A stretch of DNA of 63,147 nucleotides, filler included, from Asterionella formosa (GCA_002256025.1; 17 parts of 17 records of this genome joined end to end with filler, not necessarily neighbours in it), one strand, 5' to 3'. Counted from the whole stretch's first letter, positions 49,498-61,850 are shown. Made by a program: numbers and translations. The notes: generated from the letters alone by a model not told the origin.

Positions 49498-51499
49498 TAG
49501 CAGGGTGTGCTGGTAGTGTTCATTTCTGGTGCCAAAATGGTAGCATTGGATGCACACATGTTCCACCTATTTTTTTGGAAATATAGAATTACTCCAATTA
49601 TCTTAGTTGTCATCAATGTCGATGATTTTTGCCTTGACAGTATCATCAATCTTGACAATTTCGTCTAGAAATATATCGCATTCGATTTATTTGGTGTTGT
49701 TTTCATGTCATATCCTTAATATCTCTGTCACCTGTCACTGCCTAAATAACTTGGGAATTCATAAATGGGCATCCCAAGGTAGAATCTCTTACAATCATGC
49801 CCTATACAGCACTAGTAAGGAAATATTTATATACCAGTATGCTGGGTGGATGTCATGAATAGCTCATGACTAGTACAACTACTCTTGTTAGAGGAAAGTC
49901 GGGATTGTAACCCGGAAAGTTCAATGTTGCAATGTTGAAAACTATATGCTCATGGTATATATAGCTATACATGTGTTCTAGCAGGGAGTAAAATTGTATC
50001 TATATTGAGCAATGTAGATATAACATAAATGTCTTCATTCTTTTTGAAATGGAACTCTATCAATGTGGTGCCAATTTCTACTTAGTTTAAATGTTCATAC
50101 AGATACTTGCATCATTGTAATACACAGAAACAAATTCCTTGTTCCACGTCAATTTTACAGCCCTAGCAATGCTTTTTCCAAACTAGGATTAAGACGGGGC
50201 AGCAACCTTAATTACCATAAGCCAGTTTATCATTTATTGCAAGTAGGCGGCCATGAAAAAAAATGGAATTACCATACTACACTTTTCAAAGCATGAAATC
50301 AATCCTATGTAGTCAAATGAATGATCCTGATAATATTTCTCATTTGGATCCAGTGTGAGGTCAATATCTAAATTCTAAATTTCTTGCCTGTGCTTGTTGC
50401 AAATCACTTCCTAGAATTAAACTCTTATAAATAACAAATATTTCATTTTTGCTCCTCTCTGTAGCCAAACGCTTGCTCCATTATACCAGGAATATCCTCT
50501 GGAGTGATCACTTTCCTTGTCCTGTCCCATTGAGCCTGCATAGTTTCGATTAGTTTTTCTTTTCCGTTGGCNNNNNNNNNNNNNNNNNNNNNNNNNNNNN
50601 NNNNNNNNNNNNNNNTTAATTAATTAANNNNNNNNNNNNNNNNNNNNNNNNNNNNNNNNNNNNNNNNNNNNAGGTAACGAAATCTTTCATAACCTCGTGG
50701 TAATAAAGAATACAATTTTTGCATAAAAGTGTCCGAAAATGCAAAAACCGTTTACCATCGAAATTTTTAGTCGCCTAAAGAACAAGAAGTGAATGTTTGT
50801 ATGTAGATCTGTATGTTCTTTAAACTACAAAATGGCCTAATTCAGATATCACAGAAATATATGAACCACGACATGAAGTACATACACGAAAGTCAGTGCA
50901 AAAATAGGTTGACGCATTTTCTTGTTTTTGAGCTGTTGTGCCCTTTCCGAGATTCCTATTGCTCAAGTTTTCTCATCTATTTGTACACAAGATAGAAATA
51001 ATTATCTAATAGAATTTATCAAACTAGTCACCGCAGACTCAAAAATTCTCTACTTTGTTTGCATCTTTCAAACTGATCAAACGACAACGAAAACAATTTC
51101 TAGCAGCAATTTCAAGTTTAGTTGCCAATATTAGTGGTAGAAAATTTATTATTGAACAATTACAATTGTCTATGTTAGGCTTTATTTAGATACGAAACAG
51201 GAATGGTTGATTGTCAATTCTCGTGGAAGAGATATTGAGTCTGATCAGTTTATCATGGTCAAGACAGAGATTGTGAATCATCCTCAACCCCCTACTCGTA
51301 GTCTACTGGTATACTGGTACCAAATACCCTGGTACTTTAATCAATGTATATCACTCACTCAATCTGTAACATTCTTGACTCCTGTCATGGTTTGGCATGC
51401 ACTGTTGCTGCACGCAGTTGCCATAATTGTTTATATGGTGCTGCTTCGATCCACACACTGTAAGTTTTTTTGTAAATGTCAATAAGATTTGTGTCCTGC

Positions 51500-51737
51500 A
51501 GGCGTATTTTTGGTAATTTTATCAGTGACAACGAAAAAAAGACTCGTCTAAATTTGCCAGTATCACTGATACGTTTTTTGGAGGGGTCAAAAATAGTATC
51601 AATGATACTGCATTGATACTACTACTAGTAATGTAGCCATTGCAGATACCCAAAATTGATACAAAGTGTCATTTTATGCTCAAAACCCGGAAATGATACC
51701 ACATTGTGCCAAAAATGCTGAATGATAAGAACGCCCC
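51500..51737 (-). mobile_element. End of a related Harbinger element
   Basis: AATGATAAGAACGCCCC at 51721-51737 preceded by TGATAC arrays and AAACCCGGAAATGATAC, reverse-homologous to 5718-5830. Confidence 0.75.
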
Positions 51738-52069
51738 AACTGGTTACCGGTATATTAATAACCACTTTAGATTTGAGGTCTGACTCGCACGAGCCGCAAC
51801 CTCTATGAACGGTTAAAAGTTGATCTCATTTTTCAGGAAGTCAAAATTGTGCGGTTGGCTGCTGAGGGGTGATTTTCCCTTAGCACGATTTATTTAGCCA
51901 AATTTAATTTAGTAGGTCAACTTTTCCATACTATTGCCCTGGCATCTGAATCCTATGCGTAACGAGAAGNNNNNNNNNNNNNNNNNNNNNNNNNNNNNNN
52001 NNNNNNNNNNNNNTTAATTAATTAANNNNNNNNNNNNNNNNNNNNNNNNNNNNNNNNNNNNNNNNNNNN

Positions 52070-52680
52070 CCCTTGGGCGGCTTTTGAGCCAAGTCTAAAC
52101 CAGGGAAGCCCACACACCGGATCCATATGGCATATGCAATTGTACACAATCTTCCACTAGATGCTTAAATCGACTTTCCTGAATGCTGGCACAAATGCTC
52201 AAAGGCAGCATTTCTAATGTTGCTTTCGGCACAAAAATTGCCAACAACAACTCCAAGTCAAATTTCGAAAATTTTGCTGTAGGAAGCAACAACAACAACA
52301 ACAACAATGAAGCAAGCAATGACAACGAAGAGACAAACATGGCCGTGGATCCTCCTGTTTATAATAGTAGCCTTTCCAAGACACAAAAAACACTATTTGT
52401 TCGTTGGCAAGAATGCGAAGTTGGAATTGCAGGAGACGAAAGCAAGCAAGGAGTTTTACAAGGGCAGAGAGGGGGAGGACAAAATTCATTTTGTATTGAC
52501 GCAAGGTTATCCGGGATACTGAGGCAGATTTTGCTTGAGCTGGGTAGCAACACTGCACATGTCACCATCAACCAAATCTTGTATTAGGCATGATATTGTC
52601 TGGAGAGGACTGTTACTCAAATTCTCAACCAAATGTTCAAAGATTTCTGAAGTGGTGAGCATCCACAACTACATGTCTAG
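52070..52680 (+). pseudogene. Decayed C-terminus of a stramenopile Crypton (tyrosine-recombinase transposon) protein with a GCR1_C-like domain
   Basis: Across frameshifts: LSKTQKTLFVRWQECEVGIAG..ASKEF TRAERGRTKF..RKV...TAHVTINQI...TVTQILNQMFKD...HPQL. Confidence 0.65.
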
Positions 52681-54085
52681 TAATTAGATATCTACATTTA
52701 CAATTAGGGACATACATGCTTACATTACACTTTCATTTCATTTACTATATATATTGTTATTTCATTGTAAAATTCACATTACATGAAAGTGTGCATAAAC
52801 CAGGGGTATATTGTGGCTATTTGTATACATGCGATATTTGACATGTACACCACCATATGCCAGTGCATGCTTTTTCATGCTAGTAATCTACTGCCTACTC
52901 GAATAGTGCAATAGCTTTCACTGCAGCATAAAACTTTTGCTTACTTCTTATTCACACCCTGAATCTTAAGGTCAAACCAATACCTAAAAAATGGTCGGTA
53001 CAAAATGTACACACGAGAATGACTTCTACTTCGGGCGGACCACACCCATCCATACCCTAGTACAGAAAGTACTGCTATCATGCTTGACCTGGTGAAATTT
53101 CAATATATAGCTAATATAGTACCGGTAGTATTTCTGCTTCAATAATTGAATAGCATTTATATGAATTTTTAACATAATTTATTCACCTAAACCTCTTGAC
53201 CAACTCCATGTTCAAAGGCATTGATTTCAGAAATCTGATTGCTACTGAAGAAATGCGGCTTTGAACCAACACGAACCTTGTTAGGCATGATTCTGAGATA
53301 GGTAGGCCAGTTTTTGCACTCTAGATGCCGGCGTTGGTCCTTTGGAGTCAATGTAGGAACCCCAATGNNNNNNNNNNNNNNNNNNNNNNNNNNNNNNNNN
53401 NNNNNNNNNNNTTAATTAATTAANNNNNNNNNNNNNNNNNNNNNNNNNNNNNNNNNNNNNNNNNNNNTCATGCAAGAGAGGAAGATAATGTGTTTGAAGT
53501 CTGGATTGAGTCATATGACGTGGAGCTGTTGCATTCCAAGCAGCGCGCGACGACAGGTACAAGCGGCTGGACTGGACCTGCGGACTGTGATGACAAGCAA
53601 ATTGATTATCTGGTGGATCGAGTTGGCTTTTTGATAAGTGATGACGCCCGATACAGTTACAAGTACGAATTGCAAATTGAAGGAGTTTAAATAAAGGAAG
53701 TTTCTATATAAAAAGTAGCAATTGAATATCAAACCTTGGTACGCCAGGCAGATGGAGTAAAACCATGGAACATAGGGCACTTGCCTTGGAGTAGATGATC
53801 TTGGCGAGTTGGTTGGACAAGTTCCACAATATCGTTGATATGGTACATATGTGTGCCATGTTGGTGAAATGTGGGTTTGATGATGACATGTTGATTGTGG
53901 TGAAATCCGAGATGATTTGTTGTTGTTGTTCTTGACAGTGTGGTCCCCTGGTACCAGGTACCAGAGTACCGTCTAGCTATCTATGTATGATATACTGGTA
54001 AATGATGCGTCCTATATCTACTGATTCTACGATGATAATAATTGGGTTTCTAGTGACTACATTCAAAGTAGTCAATATGGAATCC

Positions 54086-54280
54086 TACGTTTAGGTAACT
54101 TTGGGAAAAAAAAACCTAAACGTAATGCGTTTGGGTAACTTATTGGGATATGGGCACGGAATCCCCTAAACGTAATGCGTTTGCGTTGGGTTTTTCACTC
54201 CCGTTAGCATCGTTTTTTAGGGTTACCGAAACCAAAACACTGTTTGGTTTGGGTTTTGGTCCACCGTTAGCAACGGCCTA
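54086..54280. mobile_element. One end of a non-autonomous DNA transposon (hAT- or Harbinger-like)
   Basis: Terminus CCGTTAGCAACGGCCTA; subterminal repeats CCTAAACGTAATGCGTTTG x2 and CCGTTAGCA x2; 11-bp inverted repeat 54086-54096/54114-54124. Confidence 0.5.
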
Positions 54281-54865
54281 ACAAGTTATGATACTGTAGA
54301 CTCAAAGAGAGAGTTGATGACGTTCTCTATTTAATCGTTTTGAGTGCCTGTCATGCATCGTGTTGTCTTTTTCTGCAAAATGACCGCAACTTGCTGGTCC
54401 ACCATTCAAAATCTGAAAATAGACAAATCAACAGGAACAAGTGGTGGTACCAGGGTACCAAGACTGCAGGTATGTATAAACTTGTAGCTAGACTACTGGT
54501 TCTGGTCGAAACATGCGTAAATATTTAAAAAAATATAGTATACAAAATGATTTGTACCAGCACTTATGTTCATTTGCCTATAATAGATAAATATGTCATG
54601 CAACTACCGCTACCAGTATGTAGGACCAGGTACCAGGTACCAGGTACCAGGTACTAAGAATAATTACCGGCATGCAGTCGATGAAACAACAAGAAGCAAA
54701 CGCACCATAGGATACTCATAAAATCGTCCATTTTTCTCTCAGAATCATGACAGCAGAATTCGTGTNNNNNNNNNNNNNNNNNNNNNNNNNNNNNNNNNNN
54801 NNNNNNNNNTTAATTAATTAANNNNNNNNNNNNNNNNNNNNNNNNNNNNNNNNNNNNNNNNNNNN

Positions 54866-55359
54866 AATACCTTCAACAAGAGTTTTTCCACATCCAAAGG
54901 ACCCTTCTTCCAGGCAGTAAAGTGCAGCGCCAAGTTGCCATAGTTATTAGTATTTGAAGCAGCTTCAGGGTGGGCATCCAAAAGGCACTCTGCGATTAAG
55001 ATGGGAATAAAAAAGCAAAAAAGTAAGAGACATACCCTTCCAATTGCTGCATCGTCCCAAAGAACCGCATTCAATAACTTACCAGCTACTTCCAGAGGGG
55101 CACGAAAGGAAGCGGCCGAGTGCAATGGCAAGTTGCCACGGTCGTTTTTAATACGGGTCTCATGGCTACAACAAAGAACGCGTGCTGTTAGTCAACAGCA
55201 TTGATGTCGGTTCCTACAGTCGCGAGAGCGGTCGTCGAAGGCAACAACAACTCACCGTGTCGCTGGATCATTTGCACGAGCAATAGCTGCTTTCCATCCT
55301 TTTGCTAGCTCATGCAGATCAATAAAGTCTCCAGAGGCTTGAATGTTGACTTCCGTCAT
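54866..55359 (-). CDS. Ankyrin-like repeat protein, 5' part; exons 55359-55256, 55165-55083 and 54989 to <54866
   Basis: Spliced product MTEVNIQ...PATRHETRIKNDRGNLPLHSAASFRAPLEVAECLLDAHPEAASNTNNYGNLALHFTAW; GTGAGT and GTAAGT donors with AG acceptors keep the frame. Confidence 0.85.
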
Positions 55360-56459
55360 GGTCACCACTGATGTATGTTTTAGGTATTATTTTCTTAAAA
55401 TAATATCGACGATATTTCCTGTCCGAATTTTTTGCAATGTGAAGTTGATAATTGTCGTGTCGTGGGAAGGGGAGGGGGCCTGCGGTTAACGCACGGCCGT
55501 TGCGCGGGTCAAGATTTCCAGAGTGAAGTCAAAATTCAGTTTTCAATATCTACGAGGCTGAATACTTTATACACTACCCCTTCCGTTGAGCCGAACGAGG
55601 GCCCCATCAGAGCCATCACTTCGATAAACTGTAACACCTAGTTGGGGGTGTATAATGGTCGTTCCGAGCATCTCGCGTTGCTTGCGATCAATGCAAGCCA
55701 TCTCGACAAATATTTATTAATTTACATCCTGCACCATAAACGAAACATAATTCAAACGCCTCACGAGCGCCGCAAGATTGATCTCTTGCGAATTACAAAT
55801 TTGAGACAATTCAAACAAGAGTCCTGTAAAGACAAGAAATTCGGCCAATAGTCTTGGCAATTGAGTTCATTTAATTGGCATATTACTTTTCTTGGTTGAC
55901 CATGGCTGATACCACCCTTCATGAGCTCTGTAAGGGTTTTGGCGCTCTTCTGAGTCGGAGCAAGGTAAGATGCAAGAAAATCGGAAGCTGGAATGGGGAG
56001 ATTACGATGAGGCACTCGGTGCAGTCTGCTTCTCCCGTTGCAATTTATGACCATTTGACAAGGTCGGCTGAAGCAAAGGAGCTCGGCCACGAGCGTTTAG
56101 TTTTCGTGCAACACTTTCAACGCTTGACTTCATCTAACCAATCACGATCCGCTCTTGTATCANNNNNNNNNNNNNNNNNNNNNNNNNNNNNNNNNNNNNN
56201 NNNNNNTTAATTAATTAANNNNNNNNNNNNNNNNNNNNNNNNNNNNNNNNNNNNNNNNNNNNACGAAAATGTAAAATTCCACCACGGCAGAAAATTTACT
56301 AGCTGGCGAGGCTGACATCAAGCTTTCTCAGTCACAGCTCTTTTGACTAACCAATTTCTCCGCTCATACAACACCTCAGCTGACTGCACAGTAGACTACT
56401 CAAACGACCTTTCATCGAATAATTATCTTCGCCTCAACAGGTCCGTTACCAAAGAACCC

Positions 56460-57559
56460 ATGTCCCGCTTGTTACTAGCATTCCTACTTTTGGCCGCTCA
56501 AGCCGCCACTTCGGCGTTCACCACGCTCTCATGCTCTGGAGGTTGTTCGTCACGATCTACCGGAGAGGCTACTTTCATGCGCACAAGACGAACAGCATTG
56601 CATATGTCTTCATCGTCAACCTCGGCCACTGGTGACTTTGAACTTCCAGACGACATTCCTGATGCAAAACATTCTGACTCGAGATCAACATCTGAAAGGG
56701 GAATGAGTGATACTCGCCGTCAACGCTTGCGCGCGGAACGACAAGCAGAGATCAAGTATGTGACGGGAGATGATCTTCATTTTCTCCGCCAAGAGGTTCT
56801 CAAGCTTCGAGATGACCTTGAAGAAGCAAGATCCACTGCCGATTCACGTCGAATCCTAGAACTGCAACGCAGTATCGTGCAAGCACAGCAAAAAGATGCT
56901 GAGTTTGTTTACGCTGTTACTTTGGAGCGAATTCTTGCCGCCGAAAGTATGGGATTGGCGGAAGAAGTCGAAGCGCTTCGTGCCGAAGCGACTGAAGCAC
57001 GAAGTGCCCTTCCTCACTTTAATCTTGAGGGACTTTGGGTCGGTAAATATGGGGAACATGGCTACGAAATGGTCAATATTACCTACGTCGGAGATACTTT
57101 AATTGCATTCAAGGCGACAGGCGACAGAAATGTGCCAAAGGGAGAAATTTCATTCAAGGTTGACTTGAATCCGAATGTGGCAGGCCCGAAGGAACTTTTG
57201 GAGCCTGTTGAACTCGGAGACTTTGCTTCCAAACAATGGGGAACGAAGTTTCTTTCTCGATACGCTGGAAGTGGTCAGGTCGCGGCCGAGGGCTATTCAA
57301 ACCCACAATTCATTGAAGGGCAGCTAATTATGGTGAACGAATACTTTAGCTTCGCATGGGTACCAATCGGCCATCAAGTCTTTTTCGGTCGACCTAGTGC
57401 TGAGCTCACCCTTAAACTACTGAGAGATGCCAACACACCAACTTCAGAGACTGATAAGGCCCGAACACATTTAATGCGATGCTTGGAAGAGACTGAACTT
57501 CTCGAAGACGAAGTCGAGGTTTCCCTCATTCAAGGCGACTTTTGTCAACAAGACGGATG
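56460..57559 (+). CDS. Plastid-targeted protein with a DUF3506/Cyclin_D1_bind (EXECUTER C-terminal-like) domain; 3' end cut by the contig end
   Basis: Signal peptide MSRLLLAFLLLAAQAATSA|F followed by a Ser/Thr/Arg-rich transit peptide; coiled coil; GLWVGKYGEHGYEMVNITY...KATGDRNVPKGEISF...GSGQVAAEGYSNPQFIEGQL. Confidence 0.82.
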
Positions 57560-57659
57560 NNNNNNNNNNNNNNNNNNNNNNNNNNNNNNNNNNNNNNNNN
57601 NNNTTAATTAATTAANNNNNNNNNNNNNNNNNNNNNNNNNNNNNNNNNNNNNNNNNNNN

Positions 57660-58956
57660 GCAGCGTCTCTTCCTTTCTGGCCAAATTTCTTGAGGCCTTT
57701 CCTTAAGCTGTATGACTGAACAAAGTGAAATGCTTCTTTATCGATACACATCTCATTCATATAACACATTGTCTTTGCGATCACTTTCGCATTATCAGTC
57801 GTGTATTCTTCTCGACAGTGTGCTTGGGTATGCAAATGATTTTGGACCATAGTTAGTTTTGATGGTGGTCTTGAGACTCTTCCAGACCTTGTAGTTCTAA
57901 CATTTGGGTCTGAGTCATCCTGAGTGCTTGGATTGACTTCTAACATTGCCTCTTCATTTTCAGTTTCATTTGCTGGCTCTTCATCCTCATCTTGGATATC
58001 ATCTGCATTCATTTCGATATTATTCTCATTGTTGCCCTCGTCGGGTTCAGGGTCATCCTCTTGAGTATTGTCGTTTAATTCGAGCTGTTCTGCTTCATAT
58101 ATTTCATCCGGAGTCATTTCATCATAGTCTTCTTCTCCGAGAATTTCATCATTGCTTTCGTTGTCACTAGCATCTTGATCTTCATAATCTTCATCTTGTG
58201 CATCTTCAAATGCTTCATTATCATAATCCACTCCTGCAATCCAAGCACTATCATAAAATAGTTGCCCCGTTCGATTTGCTATCTTGAGACCATCTGGCAT
58301 ATTTTCCTGCACAGCAAGGGCGTGTACTTGATTCATGATTGCTGGGGTAAGTGGTAGAGGAGTAATTGTTCGTCTAGTGATCAATGAATTTGTAGGTAGG
58401 TGTAACAATTCATGACCTCCTTGCACATTGTCATTGTAGCGTAGAAAAATGCAATCTAGGCTGCGAGGTGAACCTGTGTTTGAAAACACAGGTTCTTCAT
58501 GTGCTTGGACATAAGTGCCAAATGTATACTGGCAATGTCGAGCATGATAGTCCAGGTTTCGTTGATGTAAAATCATATGAGGACTGTAATACGGGGATAT
58601 CCCATTCTTTGCCAGAAAGAAATTCAGTTTCCTTGCAGATTCTGTCACTAGAATCTTAATCATCAGTCGCGGCAAATGTTTGAAAGGTAATCGATGACAA
58701 GCTGCGCGCACGCGTCCTTTAATCACTCGATTATTTTGCTCCGCTTCGGGAACATGTTCTTGTGGGTTTGCGTAGTTCATAGTGACTTGAAATTCATTGG
58801 AAAATTGTTCCATCAAAGGTCGAAACTCATTGTCACAGTGGATTGTTGTAATTTTAAATCCTCCGGTATTATAAACACGGAATACTTGAATCAAAGCATC
58901 TCGATAGACTTCAGCTGTCTGATTCTTGACCCATTGCGCTGTCCTATACATAATGT
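57660..58956 (-). mobile_element. Copia integrase fragment with acidic linker
   Basis: IHCDNEF...EHVPEAEQNNRVIK, FGTYVQAHE, NVQGGH, TTRSGRVSRPP, QSYSLRKGLKKFG. Confidence 0.9.
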
Positions 58957-59056
58957 NNNNNNNNNNNNNNNNNNNNNNNNNNNNNNNNNNNNNNNNNNNN
59001 TTAATTAATTAANNNNNNNNNNNNNNNNNNNNNNNNNNNNNNNNNNNNNNNNNNNN

Positions 59057-59527
59057 ATCAAGTTCAATATCACCTGTGATAAACTTGACTTTTGGGAAAA
59101 GTTCAAGTTTGACCCATTGACCAACATTCCGGGTCCAATGCTTGTCTCTTCCAATGCCATGGCCACCAGAAAGTTGAAGTCTTTGCTTCTCCATTACTTC
59201 CCGAAGCTCTTCAATCTCTTTTCTACTTTTCTTCAACTCAGATTGAAGAAACTCTAAGGAAAGGTTTGTTTCGATTCCCTTGTGATCAGAAATAGTCGAA
59301 ATGTTTTTCTTACCATCAGTTGATAAAATGAGACTTTCATCCTCGTCACTGAAGAAATCGCTGTTCTCTGCTCCAGGAATAGAGACTCCATTGTCGCTTT
59401 CACTGTCGGATGCAGAGGAAGCCTCAGCCTGAGACAGCTCCTGAATATGTTTTGACATGATATCCGAAATAGCTTGCCATAGATTTATAGGAATTGGATC
59501 TCGAACAATCACTGATTGATCACGCAT
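59057..59527 (-). CDS. Hypothetical protein fragment (acidic region, coiled coil, WVKLELFPKVKFI); possibly TE-associated
   Basis: ATG-initiated open frame running off the contig end; family not firmly recognised. Confidence 0.4.
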
Positions 59528-60008
59528 TTATTCGCGAAAGTGGACATTTTCCCTTTGCAAATGGCCATTGTTGCTGGTCTACCGGTCTACCGGTAGTCTG
59601 CTACACTAATAATAATCAAGCATCATCACCTTCAAAATTCAACAGTTACTGAATGGCGCGACAGTAAAAGTATTTGCTACTAGTAGCTACTAGCAGCGAT
59701 TCAGGGAAATAATACGCACAAACAAGGACCAGGTATTGTATATAGTACATCCGAGTATTCGTGCGTCTTGTACTATTTATCTAGTAGGTACTAGATGCAG
59801 GTGCTAGGATTCGGACACAAAAACATTGCAACTAGCTACTACTGGCTTCCTGCCTGTTTGTTGGAACAGAAAAACTGCCAGCCATCCTGACGTGACTCTA
59901 TATTTCTCTAATAATTGCACTTTTTCGCAACAATTGCGTTACTCTCCTCTTCTCTCTTTCCTTTCTCCCTTCGAGACTTCTTTCTCGCTCAAGACCAGAC
60001 CAGCCAGG

Positions 60009-60353
60009 ATGTGCGATGGTTTCTGTCCTTTCGAGGATCACAGGGCTCAGTATGGTGATGATGATACTATGTATCCTCATTACCACATCAAGACGAATTT
60101 CAGTGTTCTTTTCACTACTGACCAGTTTAAGAGTACTTGCGACAGTATGGACAAGTTACTTGAGATTGGCATGTTCAAGGATTTCCAGAGAGATCCTGAA
60201 TTGTCCATGAAGAAACTCTATCTTCGATTGATCAACGCGTATGAGAATGAGTCCTTTCTCCCTCAACGCTATTGGTTGGTCCCCTTCAGTCCAGAGTCTA
60301 TGAGTCTGATCCGCGAGGGATACAGGACTCATGTGGATTATCCACTGCTCTAT
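60009..60353 (+). CDS. Hypothetical protein fragment
   Basis: ATG 60009 MCDGFCPFEDH... stays open to the contig end; no recognised motif. Confidence 0.3.
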
Positions 60354-60453
60354 NNNNNNNNNNNNNNNNNNNNNNNNNNNNNNNNNNNNNNNNNNNNTTA
60401 ATTAATTAANNNNNNNNNNNNNNNNNNNNNNNNNNNNNNNNNNNNNNNNNNNN

Positions 60454-61750
60454 CGACGTGCAATGGAAAGTCTAATTTTTTTGGTTGAAAAGAGAGACAA
60501 GAGCATTAAAGGCAGAGCATGTGCCAATGGCAGTTCGCAACGTGAATACATGGAAAGAGATGAAGCAGCTAGTCCAACTACCATGACTGAATCTGTTATG
60601 ATAACAGCAACAATTGATGCGAAGCAAAATCGCGATGTTATGACTGCAGATATACCCAATGCATTTGTGCAAGTGGATATCGATGAGAAAGAAAAAGGGG
60701 AGCGAATCATTATGAAGATTAGAGGTTTGCTTGTCAATATGTTGACAGAACTCAGCCCCGAGACTTATGAAAAATATGTTGTTTATGAAGGGAACAACAA
60801 GGTCCTATATGTTAGGATGATCAAGGCATTATATGGCATGTTACAGTCATCATTATTATATTACAAGAAATTTCGGAAGGATATTGAGTCAATTGGATTC
60901 AAGGTAAACCCATATGATCCATGTGTTGCAAATCGCATTGTTAATGGCAAACAGCACACAGTTACTTGGCACGTAGACGATTTGAAATCAAGTCACGTGG
61001 ACAGCAAAGTGAATGATCAATTTTTGGAATGGCTCAAAAATAAATACGCTTCTGACGAAATTGGTGAAGTCAAGGTCATGCGTGGAAAGAAGCATGATTA
61101 TTTGGCTATGACGCTAGATTACTCTATTCCAGGAGTGTTGAGGGTGGACATGACCAAATATGTCAAATCAATGATTGATGATTTTCCAGTGAAACTTGAA
61201 GGTGTTGGAAAATTTCCATGGACAGATAAATTGTTCACAGTTGATACGAAATCAAAGAAGCTTGAATGTGAAAAAGCAAAAATATTTCATACTTTTGTTA
61301 TGAAAGGAATGTTCCTATGTAAGCGAGGAAGACAGGACATTCAACCAGGAATTGCATTTCTGGCAACCCGAACTATCGAACCGAATGAAGGCGATTGGGT
61401 AAAATTAGTCAAGATCATGAATTTCTTGAAAGCAACTCAGAACGAGGTTGCAACTATGAGTGCTGATGACACTCAGAGCATTAAATGGTACGTTGATGCG
61501 GCGTTTGCAGTGCACAAAGATTTTAAAAGTCACACAGGAGCTACAATGTCACTTGGAAACGGAATTATTTGTTCTATGTCCACGAAACAGAAAGTGAACA
61601 GTAGAAGTTCGACTGAAGCAGAATTGGTTGGTGTCGATGACATCATATCAAAGGTGTTGTGGACGAAATTATTTATTGAAGCACAAGGACACAAGGTGAC
61701 TACGAATGTCATTTACCGTGACAACACTAGCGCAATGAAGCTAGAAGCAA
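60454..61750 (+). mobile_element. Copia RT/RNase H fragment, frame intact
   Basis: KGRACANG, TADIPNAF, KALYGML, NPYDPC, WHVDD, WYVDAAFAVH, SSTEAELV, YRDNTSA. Confidence 0.93.
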
Positions 61751-61850
61751 NNNNNNNNNNNNNNNNNNNNNNNNNNNNNNNNNNNNNNNNNNNNTTAATT
61801 AATTAANNNNNNNNNNNNNNNNNNNNNNNNNNNNNNNNNNNNNNNNNNNN

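Noticed and set aside
57660..61750. Integrase and RT contigs as one Copia element
   Set aside because: Separate contigs in opposite orientation; linkage cannot be shown.
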